A program made the translations under genes and the position numbers. DNA of 19,846 nucleotides from Utricularia gibba (Eukaryota; Plantae; Magnoliophyta). The DNA lies in contig NEEC01000064.1 in the NCBI GenBank assembly GCA_002189035.1, forward strand, positions 1-19,846, in the 5' to 3' direction. Under the pieces are notes generated by a model that saw nothing but the letters and a program-made list of their open reading frames with translations, did no database searches and was not told the DNA's origin. Below are positions 1-10,600 of this stretch, piece after piece (the first letter of the stretch is position 1; each line of letters starts with the position of its first letter).

Positions 1-80
1 CGTAGTCATTTCATTGCGCATCATCATTCGGGGTGCATCCTAAAAATCACACGTGCACGGGATTCATTAAAAATAAATAT

Positions 81-269
81 TTACGCATATCCAGAGTGTA
101 TAACAGTGTTGGGATAAGTGATGCCACGAAATTCATGATGTAGCATGTGACTTTTTTCCAACTTGATCGCATAGTAGATGAATTCTGACACCATATGTTT
201 TGGCTTTTGATTGATGCATTTAGTTGCTATGATACTTCTGATTCTTGATGCACCATTCCCGTATACCAT
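81..269 (-). CDS. Hypothetical 62-aa ORF, repeated per unit
   Basis: From the ORF track. The ATG lies 11 nt downstream of the stop of the 75-aa ORF. No recognisable domain. Confidence 0.15.
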   Translation of the reverse strand: MVYGNGASRIRSIIATKCINQKPKHMVSEFIYYAIKLEKSHMLHHEFRGITYPNTVIHSGYA

Positions 270-280
270 GTCTCTAGTGG

Positions 281-508
281 CTATTTGATTCTTTTGCCTT
301 GTATGTTGTTCGCATCAATTTCGAGAACATGAAGCACATTATTAAATGCAGTCACCACGGAATGCCACGTGAGACACTTTTCGTTGTGGCTTGTTTTTAA
401 TATGTCCACAGTTATCGGACAAACGTAACTCCAAATTATAATACTTGGAGCTCGAAAAGGGCTTCCCAACAGTGTGCTATGAAGAGCAAGGATCTGCATG
501 TTATGCAA
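281..508 (-). CDS. Hypothetical 75-aa ORF (TTG start; first ATG at 499 gives 72 aa), repeated per unit
   Basis: From the ORF track. No recognisable domain and no Shine-Dalgarno-like sequence upstream. An ORF of this length can occur by chance at 40% GC. Confidence 0.15.
   Translation of the reverse strand: MHNMQILALHSTLLGSPFRAPSIIIWSYVCPITVDILKTSHNEKCLTWHSVVTAFNNVLHVLEIDANNIQGKRIK
427..452 (-). other. Stem-loop CTCCAA-[GTATTATAAT]-TTGGAG with a near-CRESS nonamer AAGTATTAT (origin-like, unproven)
   Basis: The inverted repeat at 429-434/445-450 is perfect. On the minus strand the stem extends by a G.T and an A-T pair. The reverse complement of 438-446 is AAGTATTAT, one mismatch from the PCV2 nonamer AAGTATTAC. 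Confidence 0.25.
437..442 (+). promoter_or_regulatory. Perfect TATAAT (-10-like/TATA-like) hexamer upstream of the zinc-finger-like frame
   Basis: TATAAT at 437-442 lies in the hairpin loop, 55 nt before ATG498. There is no convincing -35 box at 16-18 nt spacing. Confidence 0.15.
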
Positions 509-650
509 GAGGTGCTTCGCGGACCAGGATGTGCGACGTAGTCATTTCATTGCGCATCATCATTCGGGGTGCATCCTAAAAATCACACGTGCACGGGATT
601 CATTAAAAATAAATATTTACGCATATCCAGAGTGTATAACAGTGTTGGGA
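464..650. repeat. Imperfect 12-bp inverted repeat (TCCCAACAGTGT at 464-475 / ACAGTGTTGGGA at 639-650, equivalent to 103-114 of the unit)
   Basis: The reverse complement of 103-114 is TCCCAACACTGT, which matches 464-475 at 11 of 12 positions. Confidence 0.75.
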
Positions 651-653
651 TAA
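498..653 (+). CDS. Putative 51-aa Cys/His-rich zinc-binding micropeptide (MLCKRCFADQDVRRSHFIAHHHSGCILKITRARDSLKINIYAYPECITVLG), repeated once per unit
   Basis: Hand translation: ATG at 498, TAA at 651-653. The frame is open from 483 and, including the Cys codon at 495-497, gives C-x2-C-x3-F-x8-H-x3-H. From the ATG alone it still contains CKRC-x9-H-x3-H. AAGGA (488-492) lies 5 nt before the ATG. At 51 aa it is shorter than any ORF in the track (smallest 62 aa). Confidence 0.3.
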   Translation: MLCKRCFADQDVRRSHFIAHHHSGCILKITRARDSLKINIYAYPECITVLG

Positions 654-1606
654 GTGATGCCACGAAATTCATGATGTAGCATGTGACTTTTTTCCAACTT
701 GATCGCATAGTAGATGAATTCTGACACCATATGTTTTGGCTTTGATTGATGCATTTAGTTGCTATGATACTTCTGATTCTTGATGCACCATTCCCGTATA
801 CCATGTCTCTAGTGGCTATTTGATTCTTTTGCCTTGTATGTTGTTCGCATCAATTTCGAGAACATGAAGCACATTATTAAATGCAGTCACCACGGAATGC
901 CACGTGAGACACTTTTCGTTGTGGCTTGTTTTTAATATGTCCACAGTTATCGGACAAACGTAACTCCAAATTATAATACTTGGAGCTCGAAAAGGGCTTC
1001 CCAACAGTGTGCTATGAAGAGCAAGGATCTGCATGTTATGCAAGAGGTGCTTCGCGGACCAGGATGTGCGACGTAGTCATTTCATTGCGCATCATCATTC
1101 GGGGTGCATCCTAAAAATCACACGTGCACGGGATTCATTAAAAATAAATATTTACGCATATCCAGAGTGTATAACAGTGTTGGGATAAGTGATGCCACGA
1201 AATTCATGATGTAGCATGTGACTTTTTTCCAACTTGATCGCATAGTAGATGAATTCTGACACCATATGTTTTGGCTTTTGATTGATGCATTTAGTTGCTA
1301 TGATACTTCTGATTCTTGATGCACCATTCCCGTATACCATGTCTCTAGTGGCTATTTGATTCTTTTGCCTTGTATGTTGTTCGCATCAATTTCGAGAACA
1401 TGAAGCACATTATTAAATGCAGTCACCACGGAATGCCACGTGAGACACTTTTCGTTGTGGCTTGTTTTTAATATGTCCACAGTTATCGGACAAACGTAAC
1501 TCCAAATTATAATACTTGGAGCTCGAAAAGGGCTTCCAACAGTGTGCTATGAAGAGCAAGGATCTGCATGTTATGCAAGAGGTGCTTCGCGGACCAGGAT
1601 GTGCGA

Positions 1607-4600
1607 CGTAGTCATTTCATTGCGCATCATCATTCGGGGTGCATCCTAAAAATCACACGTGCACGGGATTCATTAAAAATAAATATTTACGCATATCCAG
1701 AGTGTATAACAGTGTTGGGATAAGTGATGCCACGAAATTCATGATGTAGCATGTGACTTTTTTCCAACTTGATCGCATAGTAGATGAATTCTGACACCAT
1801 ATGTTTTGGCTTTTGATTGATGCATTTAGTTGCTATGATACTTCTGATTCTTGATGCACCATTCCCGTATACCATGTCTCTAGTGGCTATTTGATTCTTT
1901 TGCCTTGTATGTTGTTCGCATCAATTTCGAGAACATGAAGCACATTATTAAATGCAGTCACCACGGAATGCCACGTGAGACACTTTTCGTTGTGGCTTGT
2001 TTTTAATATGTCCACAGTTATCGGACAAACGTAACTCCAAATTATAATACTTGGAGCTCGAAAAGGGCTTCCCAACAGTGTGCTATGAAGAGCAAGGATC
2101 TGCATGTTATGCAAGAGGTGCTTCGCGGACCAGGATGTGCGACGTAGTCATTTCATTGCGCATCATCATTCGGGGTGCATCCTAAAAATCACACGTGCAC
2201 GGGATTCATTAAAAATAAATATTTACGCATATCCAGAGTGTATAACAGTGTTGGGATAAGTGATGCCACGAAATTCATGATGTAGCATGTGACTTTTTTC
2301 CAACTTGATCGCATAGTAGATGAATTCTGACACCATATGTTTTGGCTTTTGATTGATGCATTTAGTTGCTATGATACTTCTGATTCTTGATGCACCATTC
2401 CCGTATACCATGTCTCTAGTGGCTATTTGATTCTTTTGCCTTGTATGTTGTTCGCATCAATTTCGAGAACATGAAGCACATTATTAAATGCAGTCACCAC
2501 GGAATGCCACGTGAGACACTTTTCGTTGTGGCTTGTTTTTAATATGTCCACAGTTATCGGACAAACGTAACTCCAAATTATAATACTTGGAGCTCGAAAA
2601 GGGCTTCCCAACAGTGTGCTATGAAGAGCAAGGATCTGCATGTTATGCAAGAGGTGCTTCGCGGACCAGGATGTGCGACGTAGTCATTTCATTGCGCATC
2701 ATCATTCGGGGTGCATCCTAAAAATCACACGTGCACGGGATTCATTAAAAATAAATATTTACGCATATCCAGAGTGTATAACAGTGTTGGGATAAGTGAT
2801 GCCACGAAATTCATGATGTAGCATGTGACTTTTTTCCAACTTGATCGCATAGTAGATGAATTCTGACACCATATGTTTTGGCTTTTGATTGATGCATTTA
2901 GTTGCTATGATACTTCTGATTCTTGATGCACCATTCCCGTATACCATGTCTCTAGTGGCTATTTGATTCTTTTGCCTTGTATGTTGTTCGCATCAATTTC
3001 GAGAACATGAAGCACATTATTAAATGCAGTCACCACGGAATGCCACGTGAGACACTTTTCGTTGTGGCTTGTTTTTAATATGTCCACAGTTATCGGACAA
3101 ACGTAACTCCAAATTATAATACTTGGAGCTCGAAAAGGGCTTCCCAACAGTGTGCTATGAAGAGCAAGGATCTGCATGTTATGCAAGAGGTGCTTCGCGG
3201 ACCAGGATGTGCGACGTAGTCATTTCATTGCGCATCATCATTCGGGGTGCATCCTAAAAATCACACGTGCACGGGATTCATTAAAAATAAATATTTACGC
3301 ATATCCAGAGTGTATAACAGTGTTGGGATAAGTGATGCCACGAAATTCATGATGTAGCATGTGACTTTTTTCCAACTTGATCGCATAGTAGATGAATTCT
3401 GACACCATATGTTTTGGCTTTTGATTGATGCATTTAGTTGCTATGATACTTCTGATTCTTGATGCACCATTCCCGTATACCATGTCTCTAGTGGCTATTT
3501 GATTCTTTTGCCTTGTATGTTGTTCGCATCAATTTCGAGAACATGAAGCACATTATTAAATGCAGTCACCACGGAATGCCACGTGAGACACTTTTCGTTG
3601 TGGCTTGTTTTTAATATGTCCACAGTTATCGGACAAACGTAACTCCAAATTATAATACTTGGAGCTCGAAAAGGGCTTCCCAACAGTGTGCTATGAAGAG
3701 CAAGGATCTGCATGTTATGCAAGAGGTGCTTCGCGGACCAGGATGTGCGACGTAGTCATTTCATTGCGCATCATCATTCGGGGTGCATCCTAAAAATCAC
3801 ACGTGCACGGGATTCATTAAAAATAAATATTTACGCATATCCAGAGTGTATAACAGTGTTGGGATAAGTGATGCCACGAAATTCATGATGTAGCATGTGA
3901 CTTTTTTCCAACTTGATCGCATAGTAGATGAATTCTGACACCATATGTTTTGGCTTTTGATTGATGCATTTAGTTGCTATGATACTTCTGATTCTTGATG
4001 CACCATTCCCGTATACCATGTCTCTAGTGGCTATTTGATTCTTTTGCCTTGTATGTTGTTCGCATCAATTTCGAGAACATGAAGCACATTATTAAATGCA
4101 GTCACCACGGAATGCCACGTGAGACACTTTTCGTTGTGGCTTGTTTTTAATATGTCCACAGTTATCGGACAAACGTAACTCCAAATTATAATACTTGGAG
4201 CTCGAAAAGGGCTTCCCAACAGTGTGCTATGAAGAGCAAGGATCTGCATGTTATGCAAGAGGTGCTTCGCGGACCAGGATGTGCGACGTAGTCATTTCAT
4301 TGCGCATCATCATTCGGGGTGCATCCTAAAAATCACACGTGCACGGGATTCATTAAAAATAAATATTTACGCATATCCAGAGTGTATAACAGTGTTGGGA
4401 TAAGTGATGCCACGAAATTCATGATGTAGCATGTGACTTTTTTCCAACTTGATCGCATAGTAGATGAATTCTGACACCATATGTTTTGGCTTTTGATTGA
4501 TGCATTTAGTTGCTATGATACTTCTGATTCTTGATGCACCATTCCCGTATACCATGTCTCTAGTGGCTATTTGATTCTTTTGCCTTGTATGTTGTTCGCA

Positions 4601-7600
4601 TCAATTTCGAGAACATGAAGCACATTATTAAATGCAGTCACCACGGAATGCCACGTGAGACACTTTTCGTTGTGGCTTGTTTTTAATATGTCCACAGTTA
4701 TCGGACAAACGTAACTCCAAATTATAATACTTGGAGCTCGAAAAGGGCTTCCCAACAGTGTGCTATGAAGAGCAAGGATCTGCATGTTATGCAAGAGGTG
4801 CTTCGCGGACCAGGATGTGCGACGTAGTCATTTCATTGCGCATCATCATTCGGGGTGCATCCTAAAAATCACACGTGCACGGGATTCATTAAAAATAAAT
4901 ATTTACGCATATCCAGAGTGTATAACAGTGTTGGGATAAGTGATGCCACGAAATTCATGATGTAGCATGTGACTTTTTTCCAACTTGATCGCATAGTAGA
5001 TGAATTCTGACACCATATGTTTTGGCTTTTGATTGATGCATTTAGTTGCTATGATACTTCTGATTCTTGATGCACCATTCCCGTATACCATGTCTCTAGT
5101 GGCTATTTGATTCTTTTGCCTTGTATGTTGTTCGCATCAATTTCGAGAACATGAAGCACATTATTAAATGCAGTCACCACGGAATGCCACGTGAGACACT
5201 TTTCGTTGTGGCTTGTTTTTAATATGTCCACAGTTATCGGACAAACGTAACTCCAAATTATAATACTTGGAGCTCGAAAAGGGCTTCCCAACAGTGTGCT
5301 ATGAAGAGCAAGGATCTGCATGTTATGCAAGAGGTGCTTCGCGGACCAGGATGTGCGACGTAGTCATTTCATTGCGCATCATCATTCGGGGTGCATCCTA
5401 AAAATCACACGTGCACGGGATTCATTAAAAATAAATATTTACGCATATCCAGAGTGTATAACAGTGTTGGGATAAGTGATGCCACGAAATTCATGATGTA
5501 GCATGTGACTTTTTTCCAACTTGATCGCATAGTAGATGAATTCTGACACCATATGTTTTGGCTTTTGATTGATGCATTTAGTTGCTATGATACTTCTGAT
5601 TCTTGATGCACCATTCCCGTATACCATGTCTCTAGTGGCTATTTGATTCTTTTGCCTTGTATGTTGTTCGCATCAATTTCGAGAACATGAAGCACATTAT
5701 TAAATGCAGTCACCACGGAATGCCACGTGAGACACTTTTCGTTGTGGCTTGTTTTTAATATGTCCACAGTTATCGGACAAACGTAACTCCAAATTATAAT
5801 ACTTGGAGCTCGAAAAGGGCTTCCCAACAGTGTGCTATGAAGAGCAAGGATCTGCATGTTATGCAAGAGGTGCTTCGCGGACCAGGATGTGCGACGTAGT
5901 CATTTCATTGCGCATCATCATTCGGGGTGCATCCTAAAAATCACACGTGCACGGGATTCATTAAAAATAAATATTTACGCATATCCAGAGTGTATAACAG
6001 TGTTGGGATAAGTGATGCCACGAAATTCATGATGTAGCATGTGACTTTTTTCCAACTTGATCGCATAGTAGATGAATTCTGACACCATATGTTTTGGCTT
6101 TTGATTGATGCATTTAGTTGCTATGATACTTCTGATTCTTGATGCACCATTCCCGTATACCATGTCTCTAGTGGCTATTTGATTCTTTTGCCTTGTATGT
6201 TGTTCGCATCAATTTCGAGAACATGAAGCACATTATTAAATGCAGTCACCACGGAATGCCACGTGAGACACTTTTCGTTGTGGCTTGTTTTTAATATGTC
6301 CACAGTTATCGGACAAACGTAACTCCAAATTATAATACTTGGAGCTCGAAAAGGGCTTCCCAACAGTGTGCTATGAAGAGCAAGGATCTGCATGTTATGC
6401 AAGAGGTGCTTCGCGGACCAGGATGTGCGACGTAGTCATTTCATTGCGCATCATCATTCGGGGTGCATCCTAAAAATCACACGTGCACGGGATTCATTAA
6501 AAATAAATATTTACGCATATCCAGAGTGTATAACAGTGTTGGGATAAGTGATGCCACGAAATTCATGATGTAGCATGTGACTTTTTTCCAACTTGATCGC
6601 ATAGTAGATGAATTCTGACACCATATGTTTTGGCTTTTGATTGATGCATTTAGTTGCTATGATACTTCTGATTCTTGATGCACCATTCCCGTATACCATG
6701 TCTCTAGTGGCTATTTGATTCTTTTGCCTTGTATGTTGTTCGCATCAATTTCGAGAACATGAAGCACATTATTAAATGCAGTCACCACGGAATGCCACGT
6801 GAGACACTTTTCGTTGTGGCTTGTTTTTAATATGTCCACAGTTATCGGACAAACGTAACTCCAAATTATAATACTTGGAGCTCGAAAAGGGCTTCCCAAC
6901 AGTGTGCTATGAAGAGCAAGGATCTGCATGTTATGCAAGAGGTGCTTCGCGGACCAGGATGTGCGACGTAGTCATTTCATTGCGCATCATCATTCGGGGT
7001 GCATCCTAAAAATCACACGTGCACGGGATTCATTAAAAATAAATATTTACGCATATCCAGAGTGTATAACAGTGTTGGGATAAGTGATGCCACGAAATTC
7101 ATGATGTAGCATGTGACTTTTTTCCAACTTGATCGCATAGTAGATGAATTCTGACACCATATGTTTTGGCTTTTGATTGATGCATTTAGTTGCTATGATA
7201 CTTCTGATTCTTGATGCACCATTCCCGTATACCATGTCTCTAGTGGCTATTTGATTCTTTTGCCTTGTATGTTGTTCGCATCAATTTCGAGAACATGAAG
7301 CACATTATTAAATGCAGTCACCACGGAATGCCACGTGAGACACTTTTCGTTGTGGCTTGTTTTTAATATGTCCACAGTTATCGGACAAACGTAACTCCAA
7401 ATTATAATACTTGGAGCTCGAAAAGGGCTTCCCAACAGTGTGCTATGAAGAGCAAGGATCTGCATGTTATGCAAGAGGTGCTTCGCGGACCAGGATGTGC
7501 GACGTAGTCATTTCATTGCGCATCATCATTCGGGGTGCATCCTAAAAATCACACGTGCACGGGATTCATTAAAAATAAATATTTACGCATATCCAGAGTG

Positions 7601-10600
7601 TATAACAGTGTTGGGATAAGTGATGCCACGAAATTCATGATGTAGCATGTGACTTTTTTCCAACTTGATCGCATAGTAGATGAATTCTGACACCATATGT
7701 TTTGGCTTTTGATTGATGCATTTAGTTGCTATGATACTTCTGATTCTTGATGCACCATTCCCGTATACCATGTCTCTAGTGGCTATTTGATTCTTTTGCC
7801 TTGTATGTTGTTCGCATCAATTTCGAGAACATGAAGCACATTATTAAATGCAGTCACCACGGAATGCCACGTGAGACACTTTTCGTTGTGGCTTGTTTTT
7901 AATATGTCCACAGTTATCGGACAAACGTAACTCCAAATTATAATACTTGGAGCTCGAAAAGGGCTTCCCAACAGTGTGCTATGAAGAGCAAGGATCTGCA
8001 TGTTATGCAAGAGGTGCTTCGCGGACCAGGATGTGCGACGTAGTCATTTCATTGCGCATCATCATTCGGGGTGCATCCTAAAAATCACACGTGCACGGGA
8101 TTCATTAAAAATAAATATTTACGCATATCCAGAGTGTATAACAGTGTTGGGATAAGTGATGCCACGAAATTCATGATGTAGCATGTGACTTTTTTCCAAC
8201 TTGATCGCATAGTAGATGAATTCTGACACCATATGTTTTGGCTTTTGATTGATGCATTTAGTTGCTATGATACTTCTGATTCTTGATGCACCATTCCCGT
8301 ATACCATGTCTCTAGTGGCTATTTGATTCTTTTGCCTTGTATGTTGTTCGCATCAATTTCGAGAACATGAAGCACATTATTAAATGCAGTCACCACGGAA
8401 TGCCACGTGAGACACTTTTCGTTGTGGCTTGTTTTTAATATGTCCACAGTTATCGGACAAACGTAACTCCAAATTATAATACTTGGAGCTCGAAAAGGGC
8501 TTCCCAACAGTGTGCTATGAAGAGCAAGGATCTGCATGTTATGCAAGAGGTGCTTCGCGGACCAGGATGTGCGACGTAGTCATTTCATTGCGCATCATCA
8601 TTCGGGGTGCATCCTAAAAATCACACGTGCACGGGATTCATTAAAAATAAATATTTACGCATATCCAGAGTGTATAACAGTGTTGGGATAAGTGATGCCA
8701 CGAAATTCATGATGTAGCATGTGACTTTTTTCCAACTTGATCGCATAGTAGATGAATTCTGACACCATATGTTTTGGCTTTTGATTGATGCATTTAGTTG
8801 CTATGATACTTCTGATTCTTGATGCACCATTCCCGTATACCATGTCTCTAGTGGCTATTTGATTCTTTTGCCTTGTATGTTGTTCGCATCAATTTCGAGA
8901 ACATGAAGCACATTATTAAATGCAGTCACCACGGAATGCCACGTGAGACACTTTTCGTTGTGGCTTGTTTTTAATATGTCCACAGTTATCGGACAAACGT
9001 AACTCCAAATTATAATACTTGGAGCTCGAAAAGGGCTTCCCAACAGTGTGCTATGAAGAGCAAGGATCTGCATGTTATGCAAGAGGTGCTTCGCGGACCA
9101 GGATGTGCGACGTAGTCATTTCATTGCGCATCATCATTCGGGGTGCATCCTAAAAATCACACGTGCACGGGATTCATTAAAAATAAATATTTACGCATAT
9201 CCAGAGTGTATAACAGTGTTGGGATAAGTGATGCCACGAAATTCATGATGTAGCATGTGACTTTTTTCCAACTTGATCGCATAGTAGATGAATTCTGACA
9301 CCATATGTTTTGGCTTTTGATTGATGCATTTAGTTGCTATGATACTTCTGATTCTTGATGCACCATTCCCGTATACCATGTCTCTAGTGGCTATTTGATT
9401 CTTTTGCCTTGTATGTTGTTCGCATCAATTTCGAGAACATGAAGCACATTATTAAATGCAGTCACCACGGAATGCCACGTGAGACACTTTTCGTTGTGGC
9501 TTGTTTTTAATATGTCCACAGTTATCGGACAAACGTAACTCCAAATTATAATACTTGGAGCTCGAAAAGGGCTTCCCAACAGTGTGCTATGAAGAGCAAG
9601 GATCTGCATGTTATGCAAGAGGTGCTTCGCGGACCAGGATGTGCGACGTAGTCATTTCATTGCGCATCATCATTCGGGGTGCATCCTAAAAATCACACGT
9701 GCACGGGATTCATTAAAAATAAATATTTACGCATATCCAGAGTGTATAACAGTGTTGGGATAAGTGATGCCACGAAATTCATGATGTAGCATGTGACTTT
9801 TTTCCAACTTGATCGCATAGTAGATGAATTCTGACACCATATGTTTTGGCTTTTGATTGATGCATTTAGTTGCTATGATACTTCTGATTCTTGATGCACC
9901 ATTCCCGTATACCATGTCTCTAGTGGCTATTTGATTCTTTTGCCTTGTATGTTGTTCGCATCAATTTCGAGAACATGAAGCACATTATTAAATGCAGTCA
10001 CCACGGAATGCCACGTGAGACACTTTTCGTTGTGGCTTGTTTTTAATATGTCCACAGTTATCGGACAAACGTAACTCCAAATTATAATACTTGGAGCTCG
10101 AAAAGGGCTTCCCAACAGTGTGCTATGAAGAGCAAGGATCTGCATGTTATGCAAGAGGTGCTTCGCGGACCAGGATGTGCGACGTAGTCATTTCATTGCG
10201 CATCATCATTCGGGGTGCATCCTAAAAATCACACGTGCACGGGATTCATTAAAAATAAATATTTACGCATATCCAGAGTGTATAACAGTGTTGGGATAAG
10301 TGATGCCACGAAATTCATGATGTAGCATGTGACTTTTTTCCAACTTGATCGCATAGTAGATGAATTCTGACACCATATGTTTTGGCTTTTGATTGATGCA
10401 TTTAGTTGCTATGATACTTCTGATTCTTGATGCACCATTCCCGTATACCATGTCTCTAGTGGCTATTTGATTCTTTTGCCTTGTATGTTGTTCGCATCAA
10501 TTTCGAGAACATGAAGCACATTATTAAATGCAGTCACCACGGAATGCCACGTGAGACACTTTTCGTTGTGGCTTGTTTTTAATATGTCCACAGTTATCGG

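Noticed and set aside
1-11. CGTAGTCATTT resembles the dinoflagellate spliced leader (CCGTAGCCATTTTGGCTCAAG)
   Set aside because: The match is 10/11 and stops there; the 3' half of the leader is absent.
74-83. 10-bp palindrome TAAATATTTA in the AT-rich tract at 66-83
   Set aside because: It contains only A/T and is plausible by chance in a locally AT-rich stretch; no specific function can be supported.
33-94. Possible 62-nt AT-rich intron (GTGCAT...ATCCAG) after the zinc-finger motif
   Set aside because: The donor is weak, the spliced product ends after ~15 unremarkable codons, and there is no transcript evidence.
94-118. GAGTGTATAACAGTGTTGGGATAAG resembles a degenerate second finger (E-C-x-Q-C-G-K codons)
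   Set aside because: It needs two frameshifts and has no properly spaced His pair downstream.
15-453. About a dozen 6-bp palindromic restriction sites, suggesting a synthetic construct
   Set aside because: Roughly 8 are expected by chance in 536 bp. They are dispersed rather than clustered as a polylinker, and no adapter, vector or tag sequence was recognised.
1-536. Viroid, obelisk or retrozyme-like circular RNA
   Set aside because: No hammerhead core CTGANGA was found on either strand (the only CTGA sites are followed by CAC or TTC). Spot checks of pairing registers did not suggest a rod-like fold. A full RNAfold -c run was not possible.
1-536. 5S rDNA, tRNA or snRNA tandem repeat unit
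   Set aside because: No 5S motifs, tRNA T-loop or cloverleaf, or other recognisable structural RNA sequence was seen on either strand.
583-804. 73-aa variant ORF in copy 2
   Set aside because: It results from a single T lost in a homopolymer at ~741-744, probably a sequencing error.
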